From: Capsulimonadaceae bacterium
Lineage (GTDB): Bacteria > Armatimonadota > Armatimonadia > Armatimonadales > Capsulimonadaceae
Reading direction: 5' to 3'
DNA: 64,000 bases
NCBI GenBank assembly: GCA_965215505.1
Contig: OZ244065.1
Location: forward strand, 2,848,001 to 2,912,000
The notes beneath the pieces are model-generated. The model worked only from the letters and a program-made list of their open reading frames with translations, had not been told where the DNA came from and searched no databases. Within the stretch, counting starts at the first letter, position 1, and each line of letters starts with the position of its first letter. Shown piece after piece: positions 27,713 through 36,922 of the stretch. A program made the position numbers and the translations under genes.

Positions 27713-28022
27713 CCCGGCAGTGAACCGCCGGTCTACACTGAACCGCCGGTCTACACTGAACCGCCGGTCTACACGGATGGGCCACCCGCTTCGAGGCTTC
27801 GGACGGTATATTCGGACAATGTCCTTTGGCCTCGTAGGGGTGCCGCTTGCCGCGCCCTCCGAGAAGAAGGAGAAGAAGGAGCAGAAGGAGGGCGCGGCAA
27901 GCGGCGCCCCTACGGTGTCCTGATGCTGTCCAAATAGCAGAGGGCCACCGGCCATGAATGGCCGGTGGCGTTCTCGGCGGGCCGAGGCAGGAAGAAAGGG
28001 CGCGATTCATCGCGCCCCTACG
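27713..28022. repeat. Composite REP cluster (18-bp tandem x3, inverted GTAG REP doublet, third REP)
   Basis: (TGAACCGCCGGTCTACAC)3 at 27721-27774; GTAGGGGTGCCGCTTGCCGCGCCCT and an inverted copy; AGGGCGCGATTCATCGCGCCCCTAC. Confidence 0.8.
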
Positions 28023-28043
28023 TTTTCCGGAGATGAAGTCCTC

Positions 28044-29321
28044 TCACGGGCGCTTGATGCCGAACAGCCCCCGGTGGGGCGTCGGCGGGGCGGGCGGCCT
28101 CGGGGCGGGCGGGGGCGGGCCTTTATAGGACGAGTCGGGCCGGTGGGCCGGGTCGGGGCGCTGGGGGGCCGGGCCGGGGGCCGGGTCGGGCTTCGGGCCG
28201 GGGCCGGAGACGTCGTGGAAGCCCGGCGTCGCGCCGCCGGGGGCCGAGGCGGCGTCGGGGTCGCCGCCGCCGCACTGCATCTTGAACTCCGCCACGTCCT
28301 GCGCCCGCGCCAGGGCGCTGTCATAGTCCACCAGACCCTTCTTCACCAGGCCCGCCAGGGACTGGTCCAGGGTCATCATGCCGTGCTTCATGCCGGTCTG
28401 GAGCAGGGACGTGATCTGGTGCGTCTTCGACTCGCGGATCATGCTGCGGATGCTGGCGATGCCCGCCAGCGTCTCGAAAGCCGCCACCCGGCCCTTGCCG
28501 TCTTTGGTCTTGACGAGGGTCTGGGAGACGACGCCGACGAGGTTGACCGAGAGCTGCATCCGGATCTGCTGCTGCTGGTGCGGCGGGAAGACGTCAATGA
28601 CCCGGTCAATGGTCTGCACGGCGTCCGTCGTGTGCAGGGTCGCGAAAACGAGGTGGCCGGTTTCGGCGGCCGTGATCGCCAGCGCGATGGTTTCCAAATC
28701 GCGCATCTCGCCCACCATGATGACGTCCGGGTCCTGGCGCATGACGTGTTTGAGGGCGGCGGCGAACGAGTGCGTGTCCCGGCCCAGTTCGCGCTGGTTG
28801 ATGAGCGCCTTCCGGTCGGTGTGGACGAACTCGATGGGGTCCTCGATGGTCATGACGTGCAGCGAGCAGTGTTCGTTGATGTGGCCGATCATCGCCGCCA
28901 GCGTCGTGGACTTGCCCGAGCCGGCGGGACCCGTCACCAGGACCAGCCCGCGCGGCTGGTTGACGAACGCCTTGCAGATCGGCGGCAGGTGCAGGTCTTC
29001 CATGGTCTGGACGTGTAGCGGGATGACCCGGAAGACGCTCTGCACCTGGTTCCGCTGGAGGAACAGGTTGCCTCGGAAGCGGGCGACATTCGGGAGGGCG
29101 TAGGCGAAGTCCAGTTCGCGGTCCTCTTCAAAGCGCGCCCGCTGCGTCTTGGTCAGGTCTGCGTAGGAGAGTTCCTTGGACTGGGCCGCAGTCAGCGGCT
29201 CCATTTCCAGCGGGTTCAGCTCGCCGCGCACGCGCACCAAGGGCGGGCTGCCGACCTTGATGTGCAGGTCGCTCCCGCCCATCTCGACGGTGGTGCGGAG
29301 CAGGTCGTCAATGGTTTTCAT
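28044..29321 (-). CDS. pilT: PilT/PilU family type IV pilus retraction ATPase, Pro-rich C-terminal tail
   Basis: GSDLHI, GPAGSGKST, TIEDPIE, QDPDVIMVGEMRD, AETGHLVFATLHT, SIRSMIRE. Confidence 0.93.
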   Translation of the reverse strand: MKTIDDLLRTTVEMGGSDLHIKVGSPPLVRVRGELNPLEMEPLTAAQSKELSYADLTKTQRARFEEDRELDFAYALPNVARFRGNLFLQRNQVQSVFRVIPLHVQTMEDLHLPPICKAFVNQPRGLVLVTGPAGSGKSTTLAAMIGHINEHCSLHVMTIEDPIEFVHTDRKALINQRELGRDTHSFAAALKHVMRQDPDVIMVGEMRDLETIALAITAAETGHLVFATLHTTDAVQTIDRVIDVFPPHQQQQIRMQLSVNLVGVVSQTLVKTKDGKGRVAAFETLAGIASIRSMIRESKTHQITSLLQTGMKHGMMTLDQSLAGLVKKGLVDYDSALARAQDVAEFKMQCGGGDPDAASAPGGATPGFHDVSGPGPKPDPAPGPAPQRPDPAHRPDSSYKGPPPPAPRPPAPPTPHRGLFGIKRP

Positions 29322-30453
29322 GGTGTGCTCCCTGATGTGTTCCCTGCGCGGGTGTCCCCTGCATCTTCTCGAAGTGGGCGTTGGCGGGCAGGAGGTTCAG
29401 CACCTGCGCCCGGTGCTGGAACTCGCCGGGGTGGGAGGACTTCGCCAGGGCGTCCTCGTAGCGGACCTTTTTGGCCTGGACCAGGGCCAGGAGGTTGTGG
29501 TCCAGCGACTCCATGCCGTGCTGGCTGCCGGTCTGGATGTCCGAGTTGAGCTGGTGCGTCTTGCCGTCGCGGATCAGGCTGCGGATGGCGGGCGTCGCCA
29601 CCATGACCTCGAAGGCGGCCACGCGCCCCTTGGAGTCGCAGCGGGGCAGGAGGGTCTGCGAGATGACGCCCAATAGGGTCACGGCGAGCTGGGTGCGGAT
29701 CTGCTGCTGCTGGTCGGGCGGGAAGACGTCCACGATCCGGTCAATGGTCTGGGAGGCGTCGGTGGTGTGGACGGTGGAGAAGACTAAATGCCCGGTCTCG
29801 GCGGCCGTGATCGCCAGTTGGATCGTCTCCAGGTCGCGCATCTCGCCCACCAAAATAACGTCCGGGTTCTGGCGCATGACGTGTTTGAGGGCGGCGGCGA
29901 ACGAGTGCGTGTCCTGACCGAGTTCCCGCTGGTTGATGGCCGAGAGCTTGTCCTCGTGCATGAACTCGATGGGGTCCTCGATGGTCATGACGTGGGCGCG
30001 GCGGTGCGTGTTGATGTGGTTGATGATGGCGGCGAGTGTGGTGGACTTGCCGGACCCGGTCGGCCCGGTGACCAGCAGCAGCCCGCGCGGGCGCAGGGCG
30101 ATGTCCTTGGCGATCTGGGGTGCGCCCACCTCATCAATGGTCTTGATGGAGATGGGGATGACGCGCATGACGGCCCCGATGTGCCCCTGCTGCTGGAAGA
30201 CATTGATTCGGAACCGGGCCTGGTCGGTGGCATAGGACATGTCCAGTTCCAGGTGTTCGGCGAAGGTCGCCAGCCGCTCCTCGTTCATGATGGAGACGAC
30301 CAGCCCGCGCGTGTCTTCGGGCGTCAGCGGGGGGAATTCGGTGCGTATCAGCTCGCCGTGGATGCGGAGGATGGGCGGCTCGCCCACGCGCAGGTGCAGG
30401 TCGGAGCCTTCGCGCTCGACCAGCAGTTGGAGCAATTCGGCTAGTTCAGGCAT
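29308..30453 (-). CDS. pilT: PilT family type IV pilus retraction ATPase
   Basis: GPTGSGKST, TIEDPIE, VGEMRD, AETGHL, PAIRSLIRD; start MPELAE after AAGGAGG. Confidence 0.94.
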   Translation of the reverse strand: MPELAELLQLLVEREGSDLHLRVGEPPILRIHGELIRTEFPPLTPEDTRGLVVSIMNEERLATFAEHLELDMSYATDQARFRINVFQQQGHIGAVMRVIPISIKTIDEVGAPQIAKDIALRPRGLLLVTGPTGSGKSTTLAAIINHINTHRRAHVMTIEDPIEFMHEDKLSAINQRELGQDTHSFAAALKHVMRQNPDVILVGEMRDLETIQLAITAAETGHLVFSTVHTTDASQTIDRIVDVFPPDQQQQIRTQLAVTLLGVISQTLLPRCDSKGRVAAFEVMVATPAIRSLIRDGKTHQLNSDIQTGSQHGMESLDHNLLALVQAKKVRYEDALAKSSHPGEFQHRAQVLNLLPANAHFEKMQGTPAQGTHQGAHHENH

Positions 30454-30609
30454 GTCTGCCTCCTTGTGCCTTTTGGGCACGGTGAATCGTCTGCCGCTTC
30501 TTTCTTGCCTTGCTTGCGAATACTACGTCATGTTCCACAGCCGCGCGGGAATCTCCTTCTTTGAGGGCAAGCGGGTACAATGACTGGAAACGCGCAAGGG
30601 AGGCCGCCG

Positions 30610-30894
30610 ATGACACTGACGATTGACCTGACGCCCGCCGAAGAAGCCCGGCTCGCCGCCGCCGCCCGGCGCACCGGCGTGGAACCGGCGGAGGTGATGC
30701 GGAAGCTGGTGGCCGAACACCTGCCGCCCGCGCCGGAGGGCGAGGAGGACCCGACGCTGGCGCTGTTCGCCCAGTGGGACGCCGAAGACGCGCGGATGAC
30801 GCCGGAAGAGGCCGCCGAGGAGCAGCGCCTCTGGGAGCGGTTCGAGGGCGGCGTCAACGAGACGCGCCAGGCGCTCGGGCTGAGGCATCTCTAA
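30610..30894 (+). CDS. Putative antitoxin (RHH-like N-terminus)
   Basis: MTLTIDLTPAEEARLAAAARRTG...LALFAQWDAED; GGGAGG RBS; GGGTACAAT upstream; directly followed by a PIN-like start. Confidence 0.78.
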   Translation: MTLTIDLTPAEEARLAAAARRTGVEPAEVMRKLVAEHLPPAPEGEEDPTLALFAQWDAEDARMTPEEAAEEQRLWERFEGGVNETRQALGLRHL

Positions 30895-31295
30895 ATGCTG
30901 CGCGTAATCATCCTGGACACTTTCCCCCTCAGCAGCACCGCCAAGCGGGAGCCGCCGGCGGGCACGAGCGGGACGAGTGATTGAAATCACTCGCTGCCGC
31001 CGGACCTGTCCAGGGGACAGAAGACAGAGGCGGGCTAGGAGCAGACAGGGCCGAGGCAGTCCATCCCTGCTTGTCCGCCCCATGAGCCATTTCACTGTCC
31101 CCTGGACAGGTCCTGAGCGGAGCGAGTGATTTCAATCACTCGGCTTTCTCCCCGGCTTCATCGGTTCCGCCACTCGTCCCCCGTGACACCGCGTAGCTTC
31201 GTGAGCGACGCCGGAATGTTAATGTCCTATCCCTCTACGTCGGCCACCTCTCGCAGTTCGTTCCCGCCGCCCTCTGGACCGACATCAGCCCTTGA
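30895..31295 (+). pseudogene. PIN-domain (VapC-like) toxin remnant with the middle replaced
   Basis: ATG directly after the antitoxin stop gives MLRVIILDTFPLS (PIN first strand plus Asp); C-terminal VGHLSQFVPAALWTDISP* at 31239-31295; palindromic element between. Confidence 0.72.
30971..31142. repeat. REPIN/MITE-like element, family A
   Basis: Outer 22-bp IR CGAGTGATTGAAATCACTCGCT and inner 19-bp IR GGACCTGTCCAGGGGACAG; left arm matches the reverse complement of 4043-4092 at 48 of 50 positions. Confidence 0.88.
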
Positions 31296-31322
31296 CGGCA
31301 AACAACAGGCTACCAACCTAGC

Positions 31323-31643
31323 TTACCGACGGTAGATCCCTTTCGCCTTCTTCAGCCACGCCTCTTGCCTTCGCCTCTGCAAGTTCGTAACAAGCTGCCA
31401 TACGCTGATCACGAGGCCACTCATCACTAGGAGGAATTGGTAAAGGCGGCGGTGGGGTGCGTTCCAATGATGATTTGCTGACAGTGAGAGCAGTGCGATG
31501 GCAACCAGCAGAACAGGACAAACGGTTTCCCGCAGGCTCAACAATCGCCCCACTGCCTTCCAGAAAGTCAGGCGGGCAGCGACAGCGAGCAGAAGCAGCA
31601 GAAACACGGTGAGAGTGATCGTGTCGAAAGTGTCCATCAGCAT
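31323..31643 (-). CDS. Small membrane protein (about 3 TM)
   Basis: GGGAGGGG RBS; three hydrophobic segments; more AT-rich. Confidence 0.6.
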   Translation of the reverse strand: MLMDTFDTITLTVFLLLLLAVAARLTFWKAVGRLLSLRETVCPVLLVAIALLSLSANHHWNAPHRRLYQFLLVMSGLVISVWQLVTNLQRRRQEAWLKKAKGIYRR

Positions 31644-31683
31644 TCCCCTCCCCTGGTAGACCTGTGCGGGTATAATCGCCCCT

Positions 31684-32238
31684 ATGGACACTCCCCCCGC
31701 CGCCCCGCCCACCGTCGCCCCGCCCGTCGTCGTCATCACCGCCGTGGGGCGGGATCGGCCCGGCATCATCGCCGCTCTGACCCGCGCCGTGCTTGACTTG
31801 GGGGGCAACCTCGACGACGCCACCATGACGCGGCTGCATGGGGCCTTCGCGACTATGGTGGCGGCCCGCCTGCCACAAGGAAAGACGGAGGAAGACGCCC
31901 GCGCGGCGCTTGCGCCCGTCGCTTCGGAGATGGGGCTGACCGTAACGGTGCAGTCGGTCCCGGACGAGTACCAGGAGGTGCCGCCGGATACCCTGCTGAC
32001 GGTCTACGGGGCGGACAGGCCGGGCATCGTCCACGCGGTCGCCTCGCACCTGGCCGCGCGCGGCATCAACATCACGGACATGGACACGCGCCTGGCGGGG
32101 ACGGCCGCGTCGCCGGTCTATGTCATGCTGCTGGAGGCGGTCGCCGGGGACGCCGATTTGACCAATGACCTGGCCGCCTTGCGCCGGGAATTGGGCGTGG
32201 ACATCAGCGCGCAGCCGCTCGATACGGAGGCGCTGTAG
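31684..32238 (+). CDS. Tandem ACT-domain protein, GcvR-like
   Basis: VITAVGRDRPGII and LTVYGADRPGIV; TATAAT 7 nt before the ATG (leaderless). Confidence 0.88.
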   Translation: MDTPPAAPPTVAPPVVVITAVGRDRPGIIAALTRAVLDLGGNLDDATMTRLHGAFATMVAARLPQGKTEEDARAALAPVASEMGLTVTVQSVPDEYQEVPPDTLLTVYGADRPGIVHAVASHLAARGINITDMDTRLAGTAASPVYVMLLEAVAGDADLTNDLAALRRELGVDISAQPLDTEAL

Positions 32239-32243
32239 CCCCC

Positions 32244-32759
32244 ATGTCCGCCCGGCCCATCGTCTACTACCCCGACCCGCGCCTCAAAACCGTCTGCGCC
32301 GACGCCCCCGACATCACGGACGATCTGCGCGATGCCGCCCAGGATTTGATAGACACGATGGACGCCGGGCCGCCGCGCACGGTGGGGATCGCCGCGCCGC
32401 AGATCGGGATTTTGTCGCGGCTCGCCGTCGTGGACACTTCGCGCAACCCCAAGCACCCCGGCGGCCACGGGCTGCTGGTCCTGGTCAACCCCCGGATCGT
32501 CACCCATGAGGGCGAGCAGTTCTTCCGGGAGGGCTGCCTGAGCCTGCCGGACTATACGGCCAACATCCGTCGGTTCCAGAGCGTCACGGTGGAGGCTTTG
32601 GGCCTGGACGGCGAGCCGCTGTCGGTGGAAGCGGAGGGGTTTGAGGCGGTGGTCTTGCAGCACGAGATTGACCACCTGGACGGGGTCCTGTTCCTGGACC
32701 GGGTGGCGAACATGAAGACGGATTTGTTCCGGAGGAAGGACGGACGGCCCCGGACATGA
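32244..32759 (+). CDS. def: Peptide deformylase
   Basis: GIAAPQIG, EGCLS, QHEIDHLDG. Confidence 0.96.
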   Translation: MSARPIVYYPDPRLKTVCADAPDITDDLRDAAQDLIDTMDAGPPRTVGIAAPQIGILSRLAVVDTSRNPKHPGGHGLLVLVNPRIVTHEGEQFFREGCLSLPDYTANIRRFQSVTVEALGLDGEPLSVEAEGFEAVVLQHEIDHLDGVLFLDRVANMKTDLFRRKDGRPRT

Positions 32760-32787
32760 ATGGCCGGGGCCGATGCGCCGGGTTCGC

Positions 32788-34680
32788 CTACCGCCGCACC
32801 TCCTCCGACCCTTCACCCTCCCCCGCCGGCTCCGACCGGCCGCCGAGATACTGCGCCAGGAAGGCCTCGGCGGCGGCGTAGAACTTGCGGTTGTTCTCGG
32901 GGCGGGCGAACCCGTGGCCCTCGTCGGGGAAGACCAGATACTCCACGGGCAGGCCGCCCGCGCGCATCGCCTCCACGATCTGGTCGCTCTCGGCCTGTTT
33001 GACGCGCGGGTCGTTGGCCCCCTGGGCGATCAGCAATGGCTTGGTGATCCGGTGGGCGGAAAAGAGCGGCGAGCGCGATTGCAGGAAGTCGGTTTCCTCG
33101 GGGCGGCCCATGCGCTTGTAGAACTGCGCGACGATCGGTGCCCAGTAGGGCGGGATGGTTTGCAGCAGGGTGAGCAGGTTGGACGGGCCGACGATGTCCA
33201 CGCCGCAGACGAACTCCTCCGGCGTGAAGGCAAGGCCCGCCAGGGTGGCATAGCCGCCGTAGGAGCCGCCCATGATGGCGACCTTCTGCGGGTCCGCGTA
33301 GCCCTGGGCGATGGCCCACGCCTTGCCGTCCAGCAGGTCGGTGTGCATCGCCGCCCCCCACTCCCGGTCCCCGGCGTTCACATACGCCTTGCCGTAGCCG
33401 GTCGAGCCGCGGAAGTTGATCTGCAAGACGGCATAACCCCGGTTCGCCAGCATCTGCACCCCCGCGCTGTAGCCCCAGACGTCGCGCGCCCAGGGGCCGC
33501 CGTGGACCACCAGGACGAGCGGCAAGTTTTTCGGTTCAAGCCCGACCGGCAGGGTGAGGTAGCCGTGAAGGCCCATGCCGTCGCGGGCAGTGAACTCGAC
33601 CGGCTGCATGCGCGCGAGCGCGTAGTCGTCCAAGGCGGGTTGCGTGGAGAAAAGGAACGTCGCGGCCTTTGTGCTGCGGTCGTAGGCGTAATACAGGACG
33701 GGGCCGTCGTCCACGAGGTAGAAGACGATCCAGGTCTTGTCGGCGAGGTCGCGGCTGACCACCGACCAGTCGCCGTCCCGCACGGCGGCCAGCGCCTGGA
33801 AGTCGGCCTCCAAAGCTGGGTCCAGGGCGGTCCATTCGCGTCGGGCGCGGACGAACTGGACGGCCTCCAGGGTGTGCGTCCTAGGGTGGCGCATCGTCCC
33901 GGCGACGTCATAGGCGTCGTCCTCGGCGATCACGCGGCTTTCGCCGGTGTCCAGGTCGGTTTCCAGCAGCCGGGCGGCATTGGCGTCCACGCTGCTGACC
34001 AGCAGGACATGTTTGTTGTCCGGCGTGAAGCCCGAAATGCCACCGCCCGTCTCGTCCGGCCCCCACTTTTGGAAGACGCGCCAGGGCGCCCCGGCCTCGT
34101 CCCGGACGCGAATCTCGGTCCCGCCGTCGGGGAGCTGCACCTGGGCGGCGCGCACCTGGAGGGCGTTGTCAGCGGAGAAGCCGGACACGTCGCCGGGGTT
34201 CTCAGTGTCCAGGGTCAGGACGCGCGTCGTCAGGTCCAAGCGGTAGACGTCGAACAGGCGCGGGTCGCGCTTGTTGAGGCTGACCAGCAGGGTGTCGGGA
34301 AAGTTCGGGTCGGAGGCCAGCGGCAGGGCGCGGACGCCGGGGAAGGGCGTCAGGTCTTCGGTGGCGCGCGTCGCGACATCGGTCTGGTAGAGGTGGAAGT
34401 TCTCGTCACCGCCCGTGTCCTGCATGTAGAGGACGTGCGCGCTGTCCTGTTGCCAGAAGAAGGAGCGGATGCCGCGCAGATTGTCGTCGGTGACGACCCG
34501 GTCGTCCTCCGACCCGAGCGTCCGCACCCAGACGTTCAGTACGCCGTCTTGGGGCGCGAGATAGGCGAGATGTTTGCCGTCGGGCGAGACCTGCGGGCTT
34601 GCTTTCTCCGGGTTGCCGAACAGGACGGCGCGCGGGATCAGCGGCGGAAGATGGGCCAGTTGGGCCTCGTCAAGAGCCAT
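32788..34680 (-). CDS. S9 family peptidase (acylaminoacyl/dipeptidyl peptidase)
   Basis: VHGGPW, GGSYGGY, QGANDPRV, DEGHGF. Confidence 0.95.
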   Translation of the reverse strand: MALDEAQLAHLPPLIPRAVLFGNPEKASPQVSPDGKHLAYLAPQDGVLNVWVRTLGSEDDRVVTDDNLRGIRSFFWQQDSAHVLYMQDTGGDENFHLYQTDVATRATEDLTPFPGVRALPLASDPNFPDTLLVSLNKRDPRLFDVYRLDLTTRVLTLDTENPGDVSGFSADNALQVRAAQVQLPDGGTEIRVRDEAGAPWRVFQKWGPDETGGGISGFTPDNKHVLLVSSVDANAARLLETDLDTGESRVIAEDDAYDVAGTMRHPRTHTLEAVQFVRARREWTALDPALEADFQALAAVRDGDWSVVSRDLADKTWIVFYLVDDGPVLYYAYDRSTKAATFLFSTQPALDDYALARMQPVEFTARDGMGLHGYLTLPVGLEPKNLPLVLVVHGGPWARDVWGYSAGVQMLANRGYAVLQINFRGSTGYGKAYVNAGDREWGAAMHTDLLDGKAWAIAQGYADPQKVAIMGGSYGGYATLAGLAFTPEEFVCGVDIVGPSNLLTLLQTIPPYWAPIVAQFYKRMGRPEETDFLQSRSPLFSAHRITKPLLIAQGANDPRVKQAESDQIVEAMRAGGLPVEYLVFPDEGHGFARPENNRKFYAAAEAFLAQYLGGRSEPAGEGEGSEEVRR

Positions 34681-34741
34681 AATCGTGTTCTCCTTGCCGG
34701 GCTAGTTCCCCGGCAGATGCTTCGAATCCTGCCGCCGGGTT

Positions 34742-34940
34742 CGAACCATGCGTTGAAACGCACGGCTATTCAGCCTGCGGCTAGGAAGCACCGCTTCTGC
34801 ACTGGCAGACTGCCCCAATAACTGAGACGCGGAGGGCGCGGGGCTAAGAAAAGTGTTCCCAGTGCCGCGAAGCGGTACTTCTTGGCGTCCGCGCCGTCTA
34901 GCCGCAGGCTGAATAGCCGTGCGTTTCAACGCATGGTTCG
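34742..34940. repeat. REPIN/MITE-like element (perfect 43-bp terminal inverted repeats)
   Basis: CGAACCATGCGTTGAAACGCACGGCTATTCAGCCTGCGGCTAG (34742-34784) and its exact reverse complement (34898-34940). Confidence 0.88.
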
Positions 34941-35022
34941 GAGAAGCCCGCAGTGACGTGCCATCGCCCTGCGGGTATAATAGCGCCATTCTCAGCGTAT
35001 TCCTAGACTGGAGAACACTAAT

Positions 35023-35613
35023 TTGACGAGTCTCACAATGGCCCAGGCCGTCTGGCCGCGCCGTGCCGATGACCGGGCGGCGGCCTGGGGGCGGGATGCG
35101 TTTCTTGCCCTCGCTTTCAGCTTGCTGACCGCGCTGTCGGCGCAGGCAGTCATCCCCCTGCCCTTCACGCCGGTTCCCATCACCGGCCAGACCTTCGCCG
35201 TGCTGCTGACCGGTGCCCTGCTCGGCCCGCACCTCGGTGCCGTGACATTAGTGCTGTACCTGCTGGAAGGCGGGATGGGCCTGCCCTTCTTCGCCCACGG
35301 CGCGGCAGGCGCGGCGCGTTTCGCCGGGCCGACCGGGGGTTATCTGCTCTCCTACCCCTTCGCCGCCGCCCTCGTCGGCGGGCTGGCCCAGCGCGGCTGG
35401 GACCGCAAGCCTGTCACCATGCTGGCGGCGATGCTGCTCGGGTCGGTCGTCGTCTTCGCCCTGGGCGCGGGCTGGCTGGCCCATTTCGTCGGCGCTTCCC
35501 ACGCCCTCACAGCCGGCGTCCTGCCCTTCCTGCCGGGCGACGCCATGAAGGCATTGCTGGCGGCGGGGCTGGTGCCGCTGGGGTGGAAGTGGATCGGGGC
35601 GAAGCGTGGGTGA
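35023..35613 (+). CDS. bioY: Biotin transporter BioY
   Basis: PFTPVPITGQTFAV, GLPFFA, GPTGGYL, PFLPGD; start TTG 35023 or ATG 35038. Confidence 0.94.
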   Translation: MTSLTMAQAVWPRRADDRAAAWGRDAFLALAFSLLTALSAQAVIPLPFTPVPITGQTFAVLLTGALLGPHLGAVTLVLYLLEGGMGLPFFAHGAAGAARFAGPTGGYLLSYPFAAALVGGLAQRGWDRKPVTMLAAMLLGSVVVFALGAGWLAHFVGASHALTAGVLPFLPGDAMKALLAAGLVPLGWKWIGAKRG

Positions 35614-36538
35614 AGTCGTCCGCATCGGCACGCGCGGCTCCAAGCTCGCCCTCGCCCAGACTGATTGGGTGGCGGACGCTTTGCGGGCCGCCCACCCCGG
35701 CCTTACAATCGAGACGCGCGTCATCGGGACGCGCGGGGACGCCTCGCAGGCCGCGAACGTCCCGCTGTCGTCGTTCGGTGAGAAGGGTATTTTCGCCAAG
35801 GAACTCGAAACCGCCCTGCAAGCGGGCGAGATAGACCTCGCAGTCCACTCGATGAAGGACCTGGAACACACCCTCCCCGACGGCCTGGTCATCGCCGCCG
35901 TCCCGCCCCGCGAGGACCCGCGCGACGCGCTCGTCGGCTCCACTCTGGACGCCCTGCCCCTCGGCGCAAAGGTCGGCACGGGCAGCGTCCGCCGCCGCGC
36001 CCTGCTGCTCTCCCGCCGCCCCGACTTGGAGCTATTAGAGATACGCGGCAACATTGACACCCGCCTCCGCAAGTGGCGCGAGGGCCAGTACGACGCCATC
36101 TGCCTGGCCGTGGCGGGCCTGAATAGATTGGGATTGCAGGAGAACATCGCCGAAATATTGGACCCGGACTGGTTCACCCCCGACCCCGGCCAGGGCGCGC
36201 TGGCGATTGAGATACGGGACGGCGACCAGCGGCTGCGGGACCTGACGATCAGCCTCAACCACGGGCCGACCTGGTACGCGGTCCTGGCGGAACGCTCGTT
36301 CCTGCGGCACATCGGCGGGAGCTGCAAGACGCCCGTCGGCGCGTTCGCGACCCTGGATATGGCCGCCCCTGTGAAGCTGCTGACGCTGACCGGCATAGTC
36401 GCCGCGCCGGACGGCACGACGATTCTGCGCCAGTCCGCCGCCAAGTTCTACGGCAGCAGCGAGTGGCTGGGGCAGGAGGTCGGGGAGGGCCTACGCGCTC
36501 AGGGCGCAGGGCGGCTGCTGACGGGGAAGGGTGAATGA
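35606..36538 (+). CDS. hemC: Hydroxymethylbilane synthase
   Basis: IGTRGSKLALAQ, KGIFAKELE, AVHSMKD, REDPRD, IRGNIDTRL, GGSCKTP. Confidence 0.96.
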   Translation: MGEVVRIGTRGSKLALAQTDWVADALRAAHPGLTIETRVIGTRGDASQAANVPLSSFGEKGIFAKELETALQAGEIDLAVHSMKDLEHTLPDGLVIAAVPPREDPRDALVGSTLDALPLGAKVGTGSVRRRALLLSRRPDLELLEIRGNIDTRLRKWREGQYDAICLAVAGLNRLGLQENIAEILDPDWFTPDPGQGALAIEIRDGDQRLRDLTISLNHGPTWYAVLAERSFLRHIGGSCKTPVGAFATLDMAAPVKLLTLTGIVAAPDGTTILRQSAAKFYGSSEWLGQEVGEGLRAQGAGRLLTGKGE

Positions 36539-36567
36539 AGGCGGGTGGGACCGGCCCGCGACCGACC

Positions 36568-36858
36568 CAGCCCTGAATGGCCGGTCTATTCCCGGCTGCG
36601 CCGGTGGGCCGCCCGCTTCGGGGCTTCGGAGGGACAAGGCCGAGAAGGAAGAAGGGCCGGGGAGGGCCGGGGGACCCGGCTCCTACAGGGGAGGCGTCAT
36701 TGACAGCTTCACTCGGGCCTCGTAGGGGCGCCGCTTGCCGCGCCCCTACGAAACCCGGAGGACGTTATCCGGCAGCAATATCCGAAGCCCCGAAGGGGCG
36801 GCCCACCGGCGAAGCCGGGAGTACCCCAATAAAACCCTAGACCGGCCCTTCAGGGCCG
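36568..36858. repeat. Composite inverted-repeat element with internal GTAG REPs
   Basis: CCCGGCTGCGCCGGTGGGCCGCCCGCTTCGGGGCTTCGGA near 36591-36630 and inverted TCCGAAGCCCCGAAGGGGCGGCCCACCGGCGAAGCCGGGA near 36781-36820; same arm at 44328. Confidence 0.8.
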
Positions 36859-36922
36859 GTGGCATTCTTGCAGCAGGAGGATTCGCGCCCAACGTCGAAC
36901 AGCCACCGTCAAAGGTGTAACG

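Noticed and set aside
32773-34821. Long antisense/shadow ORFs (e.g. 224-1633, 7743-9332, 12818-14641, 15940-17808, 32773-34821, 38533-40386, 44003-45988)
   Set aside because: They overlap well-supported genes on the opposite strand and lack motifs; expected in high-GC DNA.
34742-34940. Autonomous IS element (also 3946, 24106, 30971)
   Set aside because: Only 150-240 bp with no transposase ORF; no convincing target-site duplications seen.
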